Both the position numbers and the translations under genes were made by a program. Shown here one piece after another: positions 43,652-54,191 of a DNA stretch of 64,000 bases; within the stretch, counting starts at the first letter, position 1; the number at the start of each line of letters is the position of its first letter. The notes under the pieces are model-generated. The model was not told the DNA's origin and made no database searches. It was given only the letters and a program-made list of their open reading frames with translations. This DNA is from Pirellulales bacterium (lineage in GTDB: Bacteria; Planctomycetota; Planctomycetia; Pirellulales; JADZDJ01): contig CAVRAW010000001.1 in NCBI GenBank assembly GCA_963719205.1, positions 258,639 to 322,638 of the forward strand, written 5' to 3'.

Positions 43652-44470
43652 ATGTACGAATCGTACTGGCAACTCGACCGCCGCCCGTTTGAAAACGCAT
43701 GCGATGCGCGCTGTTATTACCCCGGCGAAAGCCATCAGGGGGCGATGCTCAAGCTGCGCTATGCCATCGAAAATCGCCAAGGGGCGGCGCTGCTTTGCGG
43801 AGCGGCGGGCAGCGGCAAGTCGCTGTTGGTGCAACAACTGCGGAGGCACCTGGGCAAGCAATATCGGCCGTTCGTGCAATTGGTGTTTCCGCAGATGCCG
43901 GCTTCCTCGCTGTTGGCGTATCTGGCCGATGAATTGGCGGCGCCGGTGACCGGCGAGTCGCACAGCATCGAGCAGACTGTGCGACGTATTCAGCAGTTCC
44001 TGGCGCAGAATCTGGCGGAAGGTCAGCACACGGTGGTGGCGATCGACGAGGCGCATCTGATCGACGACACGCGCACGTTCGAAGCGCTGCGACTACTTTT
44101 GAATTTCGAATCGGACACGCAACCGGGCCTGACACTGCTGCTAGTGGGCCAGCCGGGCTTACTGGCGCATATCGACCGCATGCCGGCTTTCGAGGAGCGA
44201 TTGGGCGTGAAGTGCCTACTGCGGCCCTTCACGGTGGATGAGACAGCAGCGTACGTGAATTTCAGACTGCAGGCGGCTGGAGCGAAGAATCTGATCTTCG
44301 AGCCCGAGGCCATGAGCACGCTGCAGGAACTTGCGCACGGCCTGCCGCGGCAGATCAATCGGCTGTGCGACCTGGCCTTGCTGGTGGGCTTTGCCGAGGA
44401 ACGCAAAACCATCGGGGCGGATCAGCTTGAAGCCGTGGCGGAAGAGCTGGTCACGGTGACGCCGGAATAG
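43652..44470 (+). CDS. ExeA/GspA-like AAA ATPase
   Basis: MYESYWQLDRRPFEN.., Walker A CGAAGSGKSLL, Walker B VVAIDEAHLI, and ..LLLVGQPGL...RL..K..L.PF..DE...Y...RL..AG follow the ExeA family pattern. Confidence 0.8.
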   Translation: MYESYWQLDRRPFENACDARCYYPGESHQGAMLKLRYAIENRQGAALLCGAAGSGKSLLVQQLRRHLGKQYRPFVQLVFPQMPASSLLAYLADELAAPVTGESHSIEQTVRRIQQFLAQNLAEGQHTVVAIDEAHLIDDTRTFEALRLLLNFESDTQPGLTLLLVGQPGLLAHIDRMPAFEERLGVKCLLRPFTVDETAAYVNFRLQAAGAKNLIFEPEAMSTLQELAHGLPRQINRLCDLALLVGFAEERKTIGADQLEAVAEELVTVTPE

Positions 44471-44491
44471 GTAGCGGTCAGCAATCAGCGG

Positions 44492-45667
44492 TCAGCGATC
44501 GGCCTTCATCACCACCGTCTGCTTGAGCACAGGTGGCGCTGCTGCGGCCGGCTCTGAGCGGCCGGGGCGAAATGGCGTCAGATCGACTCCCGGGGATTCT
44601 CCCCGAATCAGGCGGCTCATGACCACGGCGGTGCCGGTGGATTGCCACAACCCGGCGCGAAAGTGTCCGGTCGCCAGATACACGTTCGATAGTCCCGGAG
44701 CCGGGCCGAGGTAAGGCAGGTCGTCAACGCCGCGAGGACGGAAGCCGGTCCAGCAGCGTTCGATGTCGGCCGCTTGCAACTGCGGCACTAGGCGAATGGC
44801 GAATTGCAAAAAATCGGCAATGGCCACGGCGGTGTTGCGGGGATCGAAGCCGACGTCTTCCTGTGTGGAGCCGACCAGCACGCGTCCGTCGTCGCGCAAA
44901 ACCAGATATCGCCGCCCCGCGTTCACGAGCCGCGAGAGAATCGGCCGGCCGCAATTCAAGAGCACAATTTGTCCACGAATCGGCCTGACCGGCAGGCTGA
45001 ATCCCAGACGGGCGGCAACGCTTTGCGACCAAGCGCCACAGGCGAGAACCACTTTGTCGGCGGCGATCGAGCCCATGTTGGTGCGCACGGCGGTGACGCG
45101 CCCGGAGTTGACATCGAAATCATAGGCCTCGATGCCGGAGGAAATCTCCACACCACGTTTGTGGCACGCCGCCAAGAGTGCCTGGAGATGACGGGGAGCG
45201 CGGATTTGCGCCTCTTCCGCCACCAGGGCCACGCCGGTCAGTGGGAAGCGATCGTAGGCCCCCGCCAAGGCCGGCTCGGCATGGTCCAGATCCGCGGCAT
45301 GCAGCCACTTAACGGTCAGCCCTTCGCGCCGCCAGCGCTCGCAGGTTTGCAGCGATTCGGACATCATGGCGTCGCTGTCGGCCACGTAGATGCCGCCGCA
45401 GCGTCGGTAGCCGTTGTCGATGCCCGTTTCCTCCCGCAGGCGGGCCGACCATTCGGCGTGCAATTGATTGCTGAAGCCAGCCAGCCAATCTGGCGGCGAC
45501 GCCTTAGTGCGGAAATTGCAAGGCGGCAGAATGCCTGCAGCGGCCCAGGAGGTTTGGCCACCGGCCAGCTCGCGATCAATCACCCGCACGCGCAGGCCGC
45601 TGGCGGAGAGCTCGTAGGCCAGCGACAAGCCGATCACACCACCGCCAAGAATCAGAATGTCGGGCAT
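44492..45667 (-). CDS. FAD-dependent oxidoreductase, glycine/D-amino-acid oxidase type (ThiO-like)
   Basis: MPDILILGGGVIGLSLAYELSASGLRVRVIDR is a GxGxxG dinucleotide fold, followed by ..SWAAAGILPP.. The 391-aa length is typical of DAO/ThiO enzymes. The ThiO assignment is tentative. Confidence 0.8.
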   Translation of the reverse strand: MPDILILGGGVIGLSLAYELSASGLRVRVIDRELAGGQTSWAAAGILPPCNFRTKASPPDWLAGFSNQLHAEWSARLREETGIDNGYRRCGGIYVADSDAMMSESLQTCERWRREGLTVKWLHAADLDHAEPALAGAYDRFPLTGVALVAEEAQIRAPRHLQALLAACHKRGVEISSGIEAYDFDVNSGRVTAVRTNMGSIAADKVVLACGAWSQSVAARLGFSLPVRPIRGQIVLLNCGRPILSRLVNAGRRYLVLRDDGRVLVGSTQEDVGFDPRNTAVAIADFLQFAIRLVPQLQAADIERCWTGFRPRGVDDLPYLGPAPGLSNVYLATGHFRAGLWQSTGTAVVMSRLIRGESPGVDLTPFRPGRSEPAAAAPPVLKQTVVMKADR

Positions 45668-45748
45668 GCCACGATACGATGGATTCAGGTTGCAGCAAAT
45701 CTGCCGCTATTAGAACCGAATCGTGCGAGCCCTGCAAACGGCCGCCGG

Positions 45749-48700
45749 TTAGGCCGTGAAGTTTAAGTCGACGGTTAGATCGTCGAAATCGCTGTCGCCG
45801 CCGAAAATCTGATCCATGATGTGCAGTTGGGTCTTGCTGGGATCAACCTGCGCGTTTTCCGGCGAGGTCCAACGGAAGTGCTCGATGCTATTGGGATTGG
45901 CGGCATCGAACGAGAACAAAGCCACGGGGCCGCCGTTGGAGCTGTTGGCCGAATTGATTAGCAAAAAGTTTGAAGTCGTGCCGCTGGTGATGGCGTAGAA
46001 GGCCAAGTACTTGCCGGCCGGCACCGTGACGCTTTGCTGCGACCCGCCCGCGCTCCCCGAGCTAAACAACACTTTGGAATTCGCGCTGGCCAAGGCCGCG
46101 GCCGCGTAACCGTCGCTTCCGGGAGCGAGCGAACCGATGGCGCCGTCGAGCGAATCGACGAAGAACACGCCGATATCGCCCGGCGCGGTCGTCTTCTTGC
46201 CGGACCCAAGTGTGCCGTTCAAATTATCGGTCTTGTCGCCTGTGCCAGGGGCGTGCAACACCGGGGTGCCGGAGGTGCTGGCCGATTGACTCGACAGTTT
46301 CACGATGATCGTGGCATCGTTGAAGTCGCTGTCGCCCAGATTGAACAAGTCTTCCCAGTTGTATTGGCGCGGCCCGTGGTGGCATCGGCGATAATTTGCG
46401 TATGCTGCTTGGCGTCGGGATTGGCGGCCTGTATGCTGAAAAAAGCCAGCGGCGAGTCGGCTTTATTGTTGCCGTTGGGAGTATTCGACGGATTCTTCGC
46501 CAGGAAATTGGCCGTCGTGTTGTTTTGGATCAAGTAGAACACGACCATCTGGCCGGCTTGCAGCGTAATGGTCTTGCTGGCGCCGACCGACTGGCCTTTG
46601 CTGAACAGCACGACGCGCGTGGAACTGCTGAGCGCGGCCTGGGCATAGCCGGCGCTTCCGGGAGAAATCTCGCCAATCGAGCCATTGATCGAATCGGCGA
46701 TGAAATAACCCAACTCGTTGTTGTAGCCGGCTTTCTTCGCCGACCAGGTAATCGTGAGTTGCTGGGAAGTGCCTGGCGATCCGGGTACGACGTAGGCAGC
46801 GCCGCTATAGTTGGGAGCATAGGTGACCGAGAGCACCGTGGAGTCGGGACTCGTGCCGCCTGTCGTCGTGGCGATGGCAGTAATCGAATTCGCTCCAACC
46901 GCCAATTTTCCGGCGGGCAACGTGGCGGTGTAAACGCCGGAGCCGGTCGATGTTTCCGTGGCGGTGGCAATCACGATGCCGTTTAGTTTGAACTGCACGG
47001 TCGCGCCAGAAACCGCATTGACCGTCAGTTTGGGAGTGTTCGTTGTGACATAACCATTGCCGTCGAAGGGGCCGGTGTTGCTCGATGCATCGACGGCCAG
47101 GCCCGTCGGAGCGTCGGGAATATTCGGCGTCACCGTAAGTAAGAACGCCTCGGTGTTGTAGTTGGCTTGCGCATCTTCGGCGGTCGCGGAGCGCACGCCG
47201 GCCAAAAGATTTATGGTTCCGGAGAATCCAGCGCTAGGCGTCAGCGTCACCAGGCCGGTGTCTTGATCGATGCCAACAGTGACGTTGCTGGGCGCGCCGA
47301 ACGTCGTTGGATCGACCACCACATAAAACACGCCGTCGCCGATCGGGTCGTCGGAAGTGAGCGTGAAAGTTACCGGCGTGTCGGAAACGGTCGTTTGATC
47401 GCTGATTGGCCCGAGCGTGGGAGTTACGACGACGTCGGAATTGACAGTGATCGAAAACGCCTTGGTATTGTAGTTAGCCTGCACATCTTCGGCCCCGGCC
47501 TGTCGCACGCCGGCCAGCAGATGCAGCACCCCGGTGAAGCCGGAATTCGGCGTGACGATGACCTCTCCCGTGCCTTGATCGACACTGACGGTGGCATCCG
47601 TCGGCGCGGCAAACGTGTCCGCGTCGACCACCGTGTATGCCACGCCCACACCCGCCGTGTCAGTGGAGGTCAGCGTGAAATTGACGGGGTTCGTTCCCAC
47701 TGTTTCCTGGTTGCTCACCGGTCCCAGCGTCGGATTCAGCGCGGAGTCGAGCGTCACCGTCAACGTGAAGGGCAAAGTGTCGTAATACGATTTGACATCG
47801 CTGTCGGCGGAGTCGGCCCGCACACCGGCCAAGAGATTGATGGTTCCGATGAATCCGGCATCGGGCGTCAGCGTTACCACGCCCGTGGACTGATCAATGC
47901 TCACCGTCACATTGGCGGGCGCCAAAAAGGTGTTGGGATCGATCACGACGTAATCGACGCCTACGCTGGAGTCGTTTTTGCGTGACACCAGGGTGAAGTT
48001 TTTCGCCGTATTCTCGGTTGTCGTTTGATTCGACACCGGGCCCAACGTCGGAGGATTGACAACGACGTCGACGCCGAAGGTTTGCGTGGCGGTCTCGTTG
48101 TCGCCGTTGGTGGCGGTGACCGTGATCGTGACGCCGTGGTTGACGAAGTCGGCGTCGGTCGAGGTAACTCGCAGCACCGCATCCTGCGTGTCGTTGATGA
48201 TCCGGGCCAAGGTGATCGTAATGGGGTTAACGGGATGGCTCACTTCGGGACTGCCATCTTGGTTGGTAAATATCGAGCTGTTCTCTACGGTCGTCGACAT
48301 CATCTTTTCAAACGTGTCGAAGCCACTCACCAATTGTCCAAAGATCGTGTAACCGCTGTTGAGAAACTGCGGCATGCGGGCCAAAGTGATCGGGGCGGTT
48401 GTGCCCGCTCCGTCAATGGCGGTAACGAAAAACTGGGCATCATTGGAATTTGCCGTTCCGGCATTGGCCATGGCCAACAAACCCGGACTGAAGAAATTCA
48501 GTGAATCAACGATTTCGTTGGCGAAAGTTGTGCCGCTGCTGCCGTTATTTTGGGCCACAAACCCATCCAGCACTCGAAAGAATTCCTTGCCGGAGTAGAA
48601 ACTGTCGCCCACGAGCGATTCGATCCGCGCCGCCGTGGTCGGCGTCAGGTCTTCAAATAGATGGAAGATCAATATGTCGCTAAACGCCTGACCGTTGCTA

Positions 48701-49017
48701 TCGGTGCCTGAGACGGTCAGTTCCAAGCTCTGGCTCGTTGGCGAAACCAATTCCAAAGACAGGGGCGCGGACAGATCGCTGACTTCAAACGAATAGCTAA
48801 TCGGCCCGCCTAGGCTATCGACGCCCGTCAGCGGCACCAGCACCGATTGGCCGCCCGGCACTTGAATGTCGTGGAGCGAGCCCAAGGAAACCGAGAGCAT
48901 TTGCCGCAGCTCAAGCTGTTCCAAATAGGATCGGCGCGAATTGGCACGGGAGCGTTGGAGCTGTTTTCGACCGCGGCGAGGCGCGCGTTTGGAACGCCCA
49001 TTCCAAGAAAGTCTCAT
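45749..49017 (-). pseudogene. Large secreted protein: cyclophilin-type PPIase + three Ig-like modules + two DUF4114-like C-terminal domains, frameshifted
   Basis: The N-terminus is basic with EQLELRQMLS. The cyclophilin core is ..FFRVLDGFVAQNNG..GLLAMANAG.ANSNDAQFFVT..YTIFGQLVSGFD.. ORF 46300..49017 ends ..ANPDAKQHTQIIADATTGR. The sensible continuation ..YNWEDLFNLGDSDFNDATIIV... (the end of the first DUF4114-like domain, then a second one) is in ORF 45749..46348. The break is at ccGCGCCaat (plus 46365-46373). Confidence 0.8.
47128..48054 (-). repeat. Three diverged tandem modules of about 105 codons inside the PPIase protein
   Basis: PTLGPVSNQ(T/E)T...NFTL.S....VGV.Y.V.D..TF.AP...TVS.DQ.TG.V.(L/V)TP..GF.G...LLAGVR... 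occurs three times, at aa ~322-428, 429-531 and 532-630. Confidence 0.6.
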
Positions 49018-49298
49018 GATGCAAAATCCACCAGGTGCAACGACTTAGATGTCGGGACAAATGGAGCAAGGACGAGAAGCGCCTCTTGCGCAGCCCCTTG
49101 GAATTCGCCCGGAAAATTCCCAATAATCCAACAGCCGATCTGTCCCTAACTCAGATGCTATCCTGCCAGTATCATCAAAAAATGAGCGATTTCAATGACC
49201 CCCAGACCCCCAAGAAAAGCGACAAAAAAGCAGCCTAGAACAAAGGACGTCCATTAAACCGCCGAATCGACCCCAAGTTTCGAAAAAACCACACGTCC

Positions 49299-50177
49299 CT
49301 ACCGTTTCTGGCAGGCGGGGCAAAAATAGGTGGATCGTTGAGCCTGCACGATGCGACGTAGGACAGCTTGGCCGCAGGTGGGACAGGTTCGCCCCGCATG
49401 CTCATAGACGCGATGATGATTCTGGTAACCCCCGGATTGGTTCAAGACGTTGCGATAGGTGCCGTCGCCCAGCGTGGAACCCTCGTAGCGGATGGCAGAT
49501 TCAAGGATCTCGTGTGTCGCCGCCCGTAGACGTCGCCAATCGTCACGCTTGAGTCGATGGCAGCGGGCGCCGGGGTGAATGCCGGCTACGTGCAGGATTT
49601 CCGAAGCGTACAAATTTCCAACGCCGGCCATCGCCCGCTGATCCAATAGCGCGACTTTGATAGCGCGGCGGCTGCGGCATAATCGCAAGCGCAGTTCATC
49701 GGCGGAAACCAGCAATGCGTCGGGGCCGAGCCGGTTGTTCTTCCCGTGAAACTCGGCGGCAAATTCGACGGCAGAGAGAAGTCGAACCGTTCCCAGGCCG
49801 CGACGGTCCCAGAAAAAAAGATCCCGCTTTGAGTCCCCACTAAGGTGCAGGCGCAACCGTAAATGCTGCTGTGTCGGTGGAGCGGCCAATAGCACCAGGC
49901 CGGTCATACGTGGTTCGATAACGATGGCTTCTTCTCTCGCAAAACGCAGTCCTTCAATGTTGCCCTGTTTGCTGCCCATCCAGATCACCACGCGCTTGCC
50001 CAAGCGCTCGACGGCAGCAACGGTTTTGCCTTCGGTGCGGCGGCAGAACACATCGAGTCGCGGCCGGATGTTGATGGGCCGGCAGGCGCAAGGGGGTCTT
50101 TCCACTCGCACTACGCGGAGGCCCACAATCGGCGCTATGCCGCGGCACATCGTTTCGACTTCGGGCAGTTCAGGCAT
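49299..50177 (-). CDS. mutM: Formamidopyrimidine-DNA glycosylase (Fpg/Nei family)
   Basis: MPELPEVE has the N-terminal catalytic Pro. The C-terminal zinc finger is CPTCGQAVLRRIVQAQRSTYFCPACQ. Confidence 0.9.
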   Translation of the reverse strand: MPELPEVETMCRGIAPIVGLRVVRVERPPCACRPINIRPRLDVFCRRTEGKTVAAVERLGKRVVIWMGSKQGNIEGLRFAREEAIVIEPRMTGLVLLAAPPTQQHLRLRLHLSGDSKRDLFFWDRRGLGTVRLLSAVEFAAEFHGKNNRLGPDALLVSADELRLRLCRSRRAIKVALLDQRAMAGVGNLYASEILHVAGIHPGARCHRLKRDDWRRLRAATHEILESAIRYEGSTLGDGTYRNVLNQSGGYQNHHRVYEHAGRTCPTCGQAVLRRIVQAQRSTYFCPACQKR

Positions 50178-50446
50178 CGTTTGCTAGCACAGCGGGCGGG
50201 AGGCAGCAGAGAATTGTCGGGAATTCAGAATATCCCGGCAAACTTTGCGGGCCAAGTGGTCCGCCGGCTGGCAATCTGGGGGTGTTCCGGAAAACCTTGC
50301 CGATCGCGGAAACCTCTCCGCATCTAACGGTTCTATCTCAGCGACCGCAATGACGGATCGGGAAAACTTTGGCGGTCGATAGGGTTAATAGTGTTGCGCC
50401 GGCGGTGTCTAGCGCCGGTGCCACGCTCTTGCATGGAGGAGATGCA

Positions 50447-51709
50447 ATGAATCGTGTTATGTGTGTCGCGATCATCGCGGGTTCGCTGCTCTGCCTGGCC
50501 CCATGGGCCTGGGCGGACGAAGCGGCGATTCCGGCGTATTTCAGCGTGCTTTCCGAGCACGATCAGCGCGATGCTCAGCCGGCGCCGGCGGCGACGCCGA
50601 GCGTGATTCTTCAAGTTGCCGCGCAAACCGACATTCCACAACCCAAGATTTTCTCCGTCAGCACGACCAATCTCGACGCCGACAACGGCCAGGCCAATTC
50701 GTCGTACAGCTCTGGCGGCAGCAATGGGAACTCGTCGTGTGATCAGTGTGGCAGTCAGTGTGGCAGTTCCTCATGCTGCGGCCAATCCGGCAACAATTGC
50801 AACTGCAACGGTTGCTCGAATGCCTGCGGTCACGGCTGTTGCAACGACTGTTGCTGCGATTGCTTCCGTCCGACGTGGACCTTCAAAGCCGGGGCAGTCG
50901 TCTTGGATCGAGTCAGTCCGCGCTCGACGGCGATGGTGGTCGAGACCGGCACCGGGCGCTCGCTGATGAACGCCAGCGGCTTTTCCTTCAATTGGGACGG
51001 CGGCCTGGACGCCTCGCTCATTCGCCGCATGGGAGACGACAACAATCTGGAGGCTCGGTATTTCGGCGTCAATAACTTTACGGCCCGGCAGGCGTTCCTG
51101 ACCACTACGCCCGCCAATATTCCGACGACTCCGCCCGAGAACATTCCACCGTCTGCGCCATCGACTCCCACCAACCCGCTGGCGCCGAACGTCAATTCGC
51201 GGTTCGATAGCAGCTTGTACAGCGCTGAAATCAATTGGCATCACGAGTCGACCGAAACGATCGGCTGGCTGGCGGGGTTCCGCTGGCTGCAAACGAACGA
51301 TGCGCTGGGAATCACGTTCCCAGACCCAGTCGTCAACCGCACCTTTCGCAGCGTCACCGACAACCAATTGTGCGGCGGACAGATCGGCGCGGACCTAAAG
51401 GTGTGGGAAGAGGGTGGCCCGTTACGCATCGACACCGTGCTAAAGGCCGGGCTGTACAACAATAACGCCTCCAATGTGCAAGATTCGCACAGTCAGTTGG
51501 CGTTCGTGGGCGAAATTGGCGTCAACATTATCTATCAATGCTGCGATCACGTGGCGCTCAGTGCCGGCTATGAACTACTGTGGCTCGACGGCGTGGCCGT
51601 CGCGACCGAACAGATCCCCGTAATCAATCGGATTACGAACTCGGGCATCGATAGCGGCGGGGACGCCTTCTATCACGGCGCCATGTTCAGCGTTAATTGC
51701 GCGTGGTAA
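50447..51709 (+). CDS. BBP7-type outer-membrane beta-barrel protein with Cys-rich N-terminal tract (intact paralogue of 16049..17174)
   Basis: ggagga lies 6 nt before ATG 50447. Signal peptide MNRVMCVAIIAGSLLCLAPWAWA. The Cys-rich tract covers aa 98-139. The barrel part is collinear with the other paralogue (..YSAEINWHH...WLAGFRWLQ...QIGADL...GYELLWLDGVA..) and ends ..FSVNCAW (terminal aromatic). Confidence 0.8.
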   Translation: MNRVMCVAIIAGSLLCLAPWAWADEAAIPAYFSVLSEHDQRDAQPAPAATPSVILQVAAQTDIPQPKIFSVSTTNLDADNGQANSSYSSGGSNGNSSCDQCGSQCGSSSCCGQSGNNCNCNGCSNACGHGCCNDCCCDCFRPTWTFKAGAVVLDRVSPRSTAMVVETGTGRSLMNASGFSFNWDGGLDASLIRRMGDDNNLEARYFGVNNFTARQAFLTTTPANIPTTPPENIPPSAPSTPTNPLAPNVNSRFDSSLYSAEINWHHESTETIGWLAGFRWLQTNDALGITFPDPVVNRTFRSVTDNQLCGGQIGADLKVWEEGGPLRIDTVLKAGLYNNNASNVQDSHSQLAFVGEIGVNIIYQCCDHVALSAGYELLWLDGVAVATEQIPVINRITNSGIDSGGDAFYHGAMFSVNCAW

Positions 51710-51961
51710 GGCCACGGCTGGCCCATCTCTTGGCAACGGCCGGCGATCGGCCCTCTGTTAAACCTTACCGCCTGTAACGTCTAACGCGGTAGTTCGGGTT
51801 ATTCGGCAAGGTGCGAAAACTCCGTAGAGGACCGGCGGCGACGGTCGATCTGATTAAACACACGGATGCACCACCTGGTCATCCTGCCGCCCGTCACTCC
51901 CACCAACCGACCCCGCCGCGCTTTCGAAGCGCACACCATCTGCCCGTCCTCCTTTCCGTGC

Positions 51962-52000
51962 GGCCATGACCTTTCCCCAGGGTCATGGCCGTTTTTGTTT
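51962..52000 (+). terminator. Strong rho-independent terminator in the BBP7-trpB intergenic region
   Basis: ggccatgacc (51962-51971) pairs with ggtcatggcc (51981-51990) around a 9-nt loop, then gtttttgttt. It lies 250 nt after the BBP7 stop and 155 nt before the trpB ATG. Confidence 0.7.
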
Positions 52001-52155
52001 GGCAGCCGCGCCGGCTGGATTCGCGAACCACGCTTGGCTAGCCGTGTCGTGTGAGGCGATGCATCAGGGCTATTGACCCTGTGCGGCGGCAGCCCACAAT
52101 AAGGGATTCACTGCGGCGAAGTGGGCAAAATCTGCGGATAGCGAAAAGTGTTTCT

Positions 52156-53361
52156 ATGGCCTCTTTGAGCCAGGTTCCCGATGCTGCCGGACGCTTTGGG
52201 GCGTTCGGCGGCCGGTACGTTCCAGAAACACTGACCGCCGCTTTGGACGAACTGGCCGCTGCGTACGACGCCGCCTGCGGGGACATATCGTTTCAACAGG
52301 AACTGGCCGACCTGCTGAAAAACTACGTCGGTCGCCCCTCGCCGCTGTATCACGCCAAGCGGCTCTCGGAGCACGCCGGCGGAGCGCAAATCTATCTGAA
52401 GCGCGAAGATCTGAATCACACCGGCGCGCACAAAATCAATAACACGTTGGGGCAGGCGCTCTTGACGATTCGCATGGGCAAGCGGCGCGTAATCGCCGAA
52501 ACCGGCGCCGGCCAACATGGCGTAGCCACTGCCACGGCCTGCGCCCGCTTCGGCCTGGAATGCGTGGTCTATATGGGCGAGGAAGATATTCGCCGCCAAA
52601 AGCCCAACGTGTTCAGCATGCGACTGCTGGGTGCGGACGTTCGGCCTGTCCGCAGCGGTTCGCGCACGCTGCGCGACGCCATCAACGAGGCCATGCGCGA
52701 TTGGATGGGTTCGGTGCGCACGACGCACTATATTCTTGGTTCAGTGGTCGGGCCGCATCCCTTTCCGCGAATCGTGCGCGATTTTCAAGCGGTCATCGGA
52801 CGCGAAACGATCGATCAGTGCAGCGAGCAGCTCGGCCGGTTGCCGGAATTGGTTGTGGCCTGCGTCGGCGGCGGCAGTAATGCGGCCGGCATGTTCTATC
52901 CCCTGATCGAACACGACAAGGTGGAACTGGTCGGCGTGGAAGCCGGCGGACGATCGGCTAAGCCTGGTGATCATGCCGCGCCGCTGTCGCACGGCTCGCC
53001 CGGCGTACTGCATGGCAGCTATAGCTATGTCATGCAGGACGACGACGGCCAGACATGCGACGTGCACAGCGTCTCCGCGGGTTTGGATTACCCCGGGGTC
53101 GGACCGGAGCACAGCTTTTGGAAAGAAAGCGGCCGGGTGAAATACATCAGTTGCCAGGACGACGAAGCGCTGGCCGCATTTAATCTGTTGGCCCGCACCG
53201 AGGGAATCCTGCCGGCGCTGGAGAGTTCGCATGCGATCGCCAAGGGCGTGGAATTGGCCGCCAAACGCCCCAAAGATTCTTGTGTCGTGATTTGCCTCTC
53301 GGGCCGCGGCGACAAGGATGCGGCAGAAATTGCTCGACTGCGCGGCGAATCGTTTGGATAA
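52156..53361 (+). CDS. trpB: Tryptophan synthase beta chain
   Basis: I start at ATG 52156 ([26 protein letters not shown]..). ..[16 protein letters not shown].. carries the PLP lysine motif, and ..[10 protein letters not shown].. also matches. Confidence 0.95.
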   Translation: MASLSQVPDAAGRFGAFGGRYVPETLTAALDELAAAYDAACGDISFQQELADLLKNYVGRPSPLYHAKRLSEHAGGAQIYLKREDLNHTGAHKINNTLGQALLTIRMGKRRVIAETGAGQHGVATATACARFGLECVVYMGEEDIRRQKPNVFSMRLLGADVRPVRSGSRTLRDAINEAMRDWMGSVRTTHYILGSVVGPHPFPRIVRDFQAVIGRETIDQCSEQLGRLPELVVACVGGGSNAAGMFYPLIEHDKVELVGVEAGGRSAKPGDHAAPLSHGSPGVLHGSYSYVMQDDDGQTCDVHSVSAGLDYPGVGPEHSFWKESGRVKYISCQDDEALAAFNLLARTEGILPALESSHAIAKGVELAAKRPKDSCVVICLSGRGDKDAAEIARLRGESFG

Positions 53362-53390
53362 CTTGCTAATCCGCTAGCGGAGATTCCCTT

Positions 53391-54191
53391 TTGTCTGCCA
53401 TCGACGATCTCTTTGCAAAATTGCAAAAGGAGGGCCGCAAGGCCTTGATGCCCTTCGTCACGGCGGGCGATCCCGATTTGGATTTCACCGCGGCGGTGCT
53501 TCACGAGCTCGTGAAGCGCGGCAGCAGCCTATGCGAGCTGGGAATTCCCTACAGCGATCCGATTGCCGACGGGCCGGTGATTCAAGCCTCCTACACACGG
53601 GCGCTGCAGCACAAAATCAAGCTCGCCGAGATTCTGAAGATGGCGGCCGGGGTTGTGCCGAAGCTCTCCGCGCCGGTGGTGACCATGGTCAGTTACGCGA
53701 TCGTCTACCGACACGGACTGGAACAGTATGTCGCCGATGCGCAGAAGGCTGGATTTGCGGGCATGATCGTGCCCGACCTGTTGGTTGAAGAATCCGGGCC
53801 CTTGGCGAAGATTTGCCGCGCGGCCGATTTCAGTCTAATTCAATTGGTGACCCCGACCACGCCGCCCGATCGAGCCAAGCGGATCTGCGACTCCAGCACC
53901 GCGTTCATCTATTACGTCTCGGTGGCGGGCATCACCGGCGAGCGGCGCGATTTGCCGCCGGAGCTAATGGACGACGTGGCCCGCCTGCGCGGGCAAACGC
54001 CACTACCGATCTGCATCGGCTTCGGCATCAGCACTCCAGAGCACGTGAAGCTGCTGGCCCCGGTGGCCGATGGGCTGATTGTCGGCTCCGCGATCGTGCG
54101 TCGTATCGCTGCTGCCGCCCAGAAGCCGAAGGCCGAAGTGCTGGCCGACGTGGGCGAATATGTCGCATCGCTGCTGGCCGCCCTGGGCTGA
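53391..54191 (+). CDS. trpA: Tryptophan synthase alpha chain
   Basis: TTG start at 53391. ..ALMPFVTAGDPD.., ..ELGIPYSDPIADGPVIQ.. and ..YYVSVAGITG.. are canonical TrpA motifs. It lies 30 nt after trpB. Confidence 0.9.
   Translation: MSAIDDLFAKLQKEGRKALMPFVTAGDPDLDFTAAVLHELVKRGSSLCELGIPYSDPIADGPVIQASYTRALQHKIKLAEILKMAAGVVPKLSAPVVTMVSYAIVYRHGLEQYVADAQKAGFAGMIVPDLLVEESGPLAKICRAADFSLIQLVTPTTPPDRAKRICDSSTAFIYYVSVAGITGERRDLPPELMDDVARLRGQTPLPICIGFGISTPEHVKLLAPVADGLIVGSAIVRRIAAAAQKPKAEVLADVGEYVASLLAALG

Noticed and set aside
43589-43949. The 3' 360 nt of ORF 42528..43949, which overlaps the ExeA-like gene.
   Set aside because: The translation here is Cys/Arg/Trp/Asn-rich nonsense (..CWCNNCGGTWASNIGRSCNWCFRRCRLPRCW..). 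It is read-through caused by the frameshift near 43485-43506. The sensible frame stops at 43586-43588.
45668-45748. A TPP riboswitch upstream of the ThiO-like oxidase, suggested by ..aacctgaatcc.. which resembles the conserved ACCTGATC segment.
   Set aside because: The gap is only 81 nt, there is no CTGAGA box, and no pairing for the P1-P3 helices. The resemblance is limited to about 7 nt.
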